This document shows positions 61,711-64,000 of a stretch of 64,000 bases of DNA, in pieces. The translations under genes were made by a program, and so were the position numbers. Below the pieces are notes generated by a model, which saw only the letters and a program-made list of their open reading frames with translations, made no database searches and was not told where the DNA came from. Each line of letters begins with the position of its first letter. The stretch's first letter is position 1. The DNA comes from Candidatus Aenigmatarchaeota archaeon (GTDB lineage: Archaea; Aenigmatarchaeota; Aenigmatarchaeia; QMZP01), in contig DAOVCJ010000001.1 of NCBI GenBank assembly GCA_030670085.1, positions 11,977 through 75,976 of the forward strand, read 5' to 3'.

Positions 61711-62864
61711 TTACCTTTGAACGGACTTATCTCTCTCAGCTCACTCACAACCTCGGGCACGTTTTTCAGGACATAATCTATATCCTTTTCCTTCGTATAC
61801 CTTCCCATGGTTATTCTTAGTGAACCATGCGCTTGTTTAGGACTCAACCCTATTGATATTAGGACATGGGAGGCCTTGAGGTCCTTGGACGAGCATGCAG
61901 AACCTGTAGACGCTTCTATACCCACAATGTCCAGTTTCAGGATTAAGGCTTCACCCTCTATGAAATCGAACCTGAAGTTTGTGTTTCCTGGGAGTCTCTT
62001 TTCCGGATGCCCGTTAATGTAGGAATTTGGTACCTTCAAAAGACCCTTTACGAGCTTGTTTCTCATCCTGCTGAGCCTCTTTGCCTCTTTTGTCATCCCC
62101 TTGTTTGCAATTTCACAAGCCTTTGCAAACCCCACGATTCCCGCAACATTCTCTGTTCCTGATCTCCTTCCGGACTCGTGTCCACCACCATGCAGAAGAG
62201 GCTCTATCTTGACACCCGTTCTCACGTAGAGCAACCCTACCCCCTTCGGTCCATATATTTTATGGGAGCTTGCTGAGAGCATGTCTATCTTCATTTTTTT
62301 AACATCTATTGGAATCTTGCAAAAACTCTGAACAGCATCTGTGTGGAAGTATATGTCTTTCTCCCTGCAGATTTTTCCAACCTCTTCGATGGGTTCTAGG
62401 GTTCCGATTTCGTTGTTGGCATGCATTACTGAAACGAGGATGGTTTCCTTTTTTATGGATTTCTTAAGCTGTTCTAGGTCAATAATCCCATATTTGTCAA
62501 CATCCAGATATGTTATTTGGAATCCCTGCTTCTCCAAGAACTCGCACGTCTCCATGACTGCCTTGTGCTCAATCTTGCTGGTTATTATGTGGTTCCCCTT
62601 TTTCTTGTTTGCCATGGCAACACCGACCAGGGCTAGATTATCAGACTCTGTTCCGCCTGAGGTAAAAACAATCTCCTCTGGTTCAGAATTTATAATCTTT
62701 GCAATCCTTTTTCTGGAATTCTCCATTGCCAGTCTTGCCTGTTGCCCCATGCTGTAGAGTGAGGAAGCGTTGCCAAAATCCTCACTGAAATAGGGCTTCA
62801 TCGCTTTCAACACCCTGGGATCGACAGGGGTAGTTGCCGCATAATCAAGATATATCTTTCTCAT
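61704..62864 (-). CDS. iscS: Cysteine desulfurase (IscS/NifS class)
   Basis: Contains IYLDYAATTP, SSHKIYGPKG (PLP Lys) and ASTGSACSS (catalytic Cys). The start was moved to MRKIY (62864), directly after the stop of the upstream regulator gene. Confidence 0.9.
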   Translation of the reverse strand: MRKIYLDYAATTPVDPRVLKAMKPYFSEDFGNASSLYSMGQQARLAMENSRKRIAKIINSEPEEIVFTSGGTESDNLALVGVAMANKKKGNHIITSKIEHKAVMETCEFLEKQGFQITYLDVDKYGIIDLEQLKKSIKKETILVSVMHANNEIGTLEPIEEVGKICREKDIYFHTDAVQSFCKIPIDVKKMKIDMLSASSHKIYGPKGVGLLYVRTGVKIEPLLHGGGHESGRRSGTENVAGIVGFAKACEIANKGMTKEAKRLSRMRNKLVKGLLKVPNSYINGHPEKRLPGNTNFRFDFIEGEALILKLDIVGIEASTGSACSSKDLKASHVLISIGLSPKQAHGSLRITMGRYTKEKDIDYVLKNVPEVVSELREISPFKGKW

Positions 62865-62865
62865 T

Positions 62866-63231
62866 TCATCTACCTCGTTCAAAACACACCTCACAACCTT
62901 TGGGAACCTTCCCATACATTCTATGGATTTTGCACAGAGTTCTATCTTTTCTGCATATTTTACAGATTCTCTGCATTTCAACTATCATATTCCTCCCCTT
63001 TATCACTTTCTCAACAGATTTCTCAATTTCTTTTTTTGTGTTTTTTGGAAACCTTACGTTTTTTGCCCTCTTGGAGCTTATGTACTGGGAGACTGCAGCT
63101 TCTGTTATACCCATTTTCTTTGATATTTCCCTTTGCCTTATCCCATTCTTAACCATTACTCTTGTAAACTCCCTCCTTATTGCCGGGAGCAGGTACCATA
63201 CCTCTATCTCCTGGGGCATTCTGAGTTTCAT
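62866..63231 (-). CDS. HTH transcriptional regulator with a Cys-rich C-terminal module
   Basis: The helix-turn-helix is IRQREISKKMGITEAAVSQYIS. The C-terminus CKIC...C..H...CEVC provides 5 Cys plus His. It is the first gene upstream of iscS-iscU. Confidence 0.6.
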   Translation of the reverse strand: MKLRMPQEIEVWYLLPAIRREFTRVMVKNGIRQREISKKMGITEAAVSQYISSKRAKNVRFPKNTKKEIEKSVEKVIKGRNMIVEMQRICKICRKDRTLCKIHRMYGKVPKGCEVCFERGR

Positions 63232-63234
63232 AAA

Positions 63235-63248
63235 TTAACGATTGTTAA
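63235..63248. promoter_or_regulatory. Inverted repeat TTAAC-GATT-GTTAA between the TATA box and the start of the HTH regulator gene
   Basis: This is a perfect 5-4-5 palindrome lying 4 nt upstream of ATG 63231. On the minus strand the TATA box CTTTATATAT sits just upstream (63253-63262). Its half-sites (TAAC/GTTA) resemble those of the 14234/63775 operator. Confidence 0.35.
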
Positions 63249-63290
63249 AATAATATATAAAGTTATCGATGAAAAACCAAGAACAGGGTT

Positions 63291-63494
63291 TTATTTTGGT
63301 TTTACCAGTTTTATTGCAGATACCGAACAGTTCTCTACACAGGCCATGCACTCAATACAATCCTCTGGCTTTGCGACATCTGATTTTCCATCCTTAAGCT
63401 CAAAAACGTTCTGCGGACAGACAGAAACACATGCCCCACATCCTATGCATTTTTTCTTATCAACCACCGGAATCTTATGGTCTATCTTTGCCAT
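63291..63494 (-). CDS. 2x[4Fe-4S] ferredoxin
   Basis: Carries CIGCGACVSVCP and CIECMACVENC. Confidence 0.85.
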   Translation of the reverse strand: MAKIDHKIPVVDKKKCIGCGACVSVCPQNVFELKDGKSDVAKPEDCIECMACVENCSVSAIKLVKPK

Positions 63495-63506
63495 AAAATC
63501 ACTTTT

Positions 63507-63746
63507 TTATTTTTTGCTTTCCTCCTTTATATTTTTGACAACCCCATTCATCTCCTTGAGCATTGATTCTATGTCCTTATCTGACATTCCATGAGCCTTT
63601 GCTCCCTGCTCCAGTGTTTCCCATGCAGCAATATGGCAGCCAACACAGTGCAGGCCACGCTTAAGCATTACCTCTACAGTCTCAGGATACTCCTTTATAA
63701 TCTCTCCTAGTGTCATACCCCTTGTTATCTTTTCTTTCTTTCTCAT
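63507..63746 (-). CDS. DUF1858 (hybrid-cluster-protein-associated redox disulfide) domain protein
   Basis: ITRGMTLGEIIKEYPETVEVMLKRGLHCVGCHIAAWETLEQGAKAHG carries CxxC. The start was chosen at MRKKEK (63746), where a GGGGTGA SD lies 6 nt upstream. Confidence 0.6.
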   Translation of the reverse strand: MRKKEKITRGMTLGEIIKEYPETVEVMLKRGLHCVGCHIAAWETLEQGAKAHGMSDKDIESMLKEMNGVVKNIKEESKK

Positions 63747-63774
63747 GAACTCACCCCAATCAAAACATTTCTTT

Positions 63775-63795
63775 AAATATAACACTGTTATATAT
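63775..63795. promoter_or_regulatory. Second copy of the palindromic operator (AAATATAAC-ACT-GTTATATAT) at the DUF1858-ferredoxin promoter
   Basis: A 19-nt core is identical to 14234-14252. It directly abuts a TATA-like TTTATATAT on the minus strand, about 30 nt upstream of ATG 63746. Confidence 0.6.
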
Positions 63796-63847
63796 AAATA
63801 TTTAATACCACCCGACTTTGTCCAATCCATCAAAGTCAGGAGACGGG

Positions 63848-64000
63848 TTATACCCTGACCTCAACCCTATCGAAATACGGCTTTGCGACCTCTGCAAATT
63901 CCCTGAGTTTCTCCTCTGGGTATGCTTCCTCTTTCTGGTATGCCTTATCCAGGGTTGACAGCGGCCTGAACTGCTGGAGACAGTAAAGCTTCGATCCCTT
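63848..64000 (-). CDS. 3' end of a CDS truncated by the window edge (possibly a radical-SAM activase C-terminus)
   Basis: The minus frame is open from nt 64000 to the stop at 63848-63850: ...GSKLYCLQQFRPLSTLDKAYQKEEAYPEEKLREFAEVAKPYFDRVEVRV*. The Y.LQQFRP motif recalls anaerobic RNR-activase-like enzymes, but this link is weak. Confidence 0.35.
   Translation of the reverse strand, partial: KGSKLYCLQQFRPLSTLDKAYQKEEAYPEEKLREFAEVAKPYFDRVEVRV

Noticed and set aside
63133-63594. A 153-aa plus-strand ORF across the ferredoxin/DUF1858 region
   Set aside because: It is antisense to two clearly recognisable minus-strand genes (ferredoxin Cys motifs and the DUF1858 CxxC), and nothing in its translation is recognisable.

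Overview
This is a compact archaeal chromosomal window, about 90% coding. Archaeal markers include a thermosome, TFB, TBP, PCNA, LSm, r-proteins S8e/S15/L37e, Trm56, Taw1 and two intron-containing tRNAs. Genes use both Shine-Dalgarno-led and apparently leaderless starts. All product calls come from motifs read by eye, since no searches were run. A small-genome, DPANN-like host is my inference only. Housekeeping content covers LysRS (class II), AspRS, CTP synthase, PPDK, split MetE, ThrC, ScpA/ScpB, a base-excision-repair cluster (DUF123-Ogg fusion, Nth, PCNA), a separately encoded Hef helicase and XPF nuclease, and IscS/IscU. The main non-housekeeping content is three loci encoding 11-12 proteins with class III (prepilin-type) signal peptides. 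(i) 2.0-8.1 kb is a type IV pilus machinery locus with an ATPase, a platform split into two TadB/TadC-like genes, and pilins. (ii) 19.4-20.1 kb holds a tandem pair of cysteine-rich mini-pilins that share a 108-bp identical 5' block. (iii) 27.7-40.7 kb is a 13-kb, tightly overlapping operon. It encodes six to seven unrecognisable prepilin-like proteins (131-614 aa), followed by a 1358-aa modular cysteine-knot protein and two membrane-anchored Cys-rich proteins ending in EEEYF/EEEFY tails. This operon contains no ATPase, platform or peptidase and is the best candidate for an undescribed surface, adhesion or host-interaction system. Other observations are a 19-nt palindromic operator shared by the rubrerythrin and DUF1858-ferredoxin promoters, a Cys-rich HTH regulator upstream of iscS-iscU, and a tRNA-Pro with two introns, one of them in the T-arm. 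There is also a RimK-like, FGase-like, DUF1611 and DUF1704 neighbourhood, and an MFS gene flanked by a duplicated taw1 3' end. No CRISPR array, rRNA, transposase or integrase was seen.
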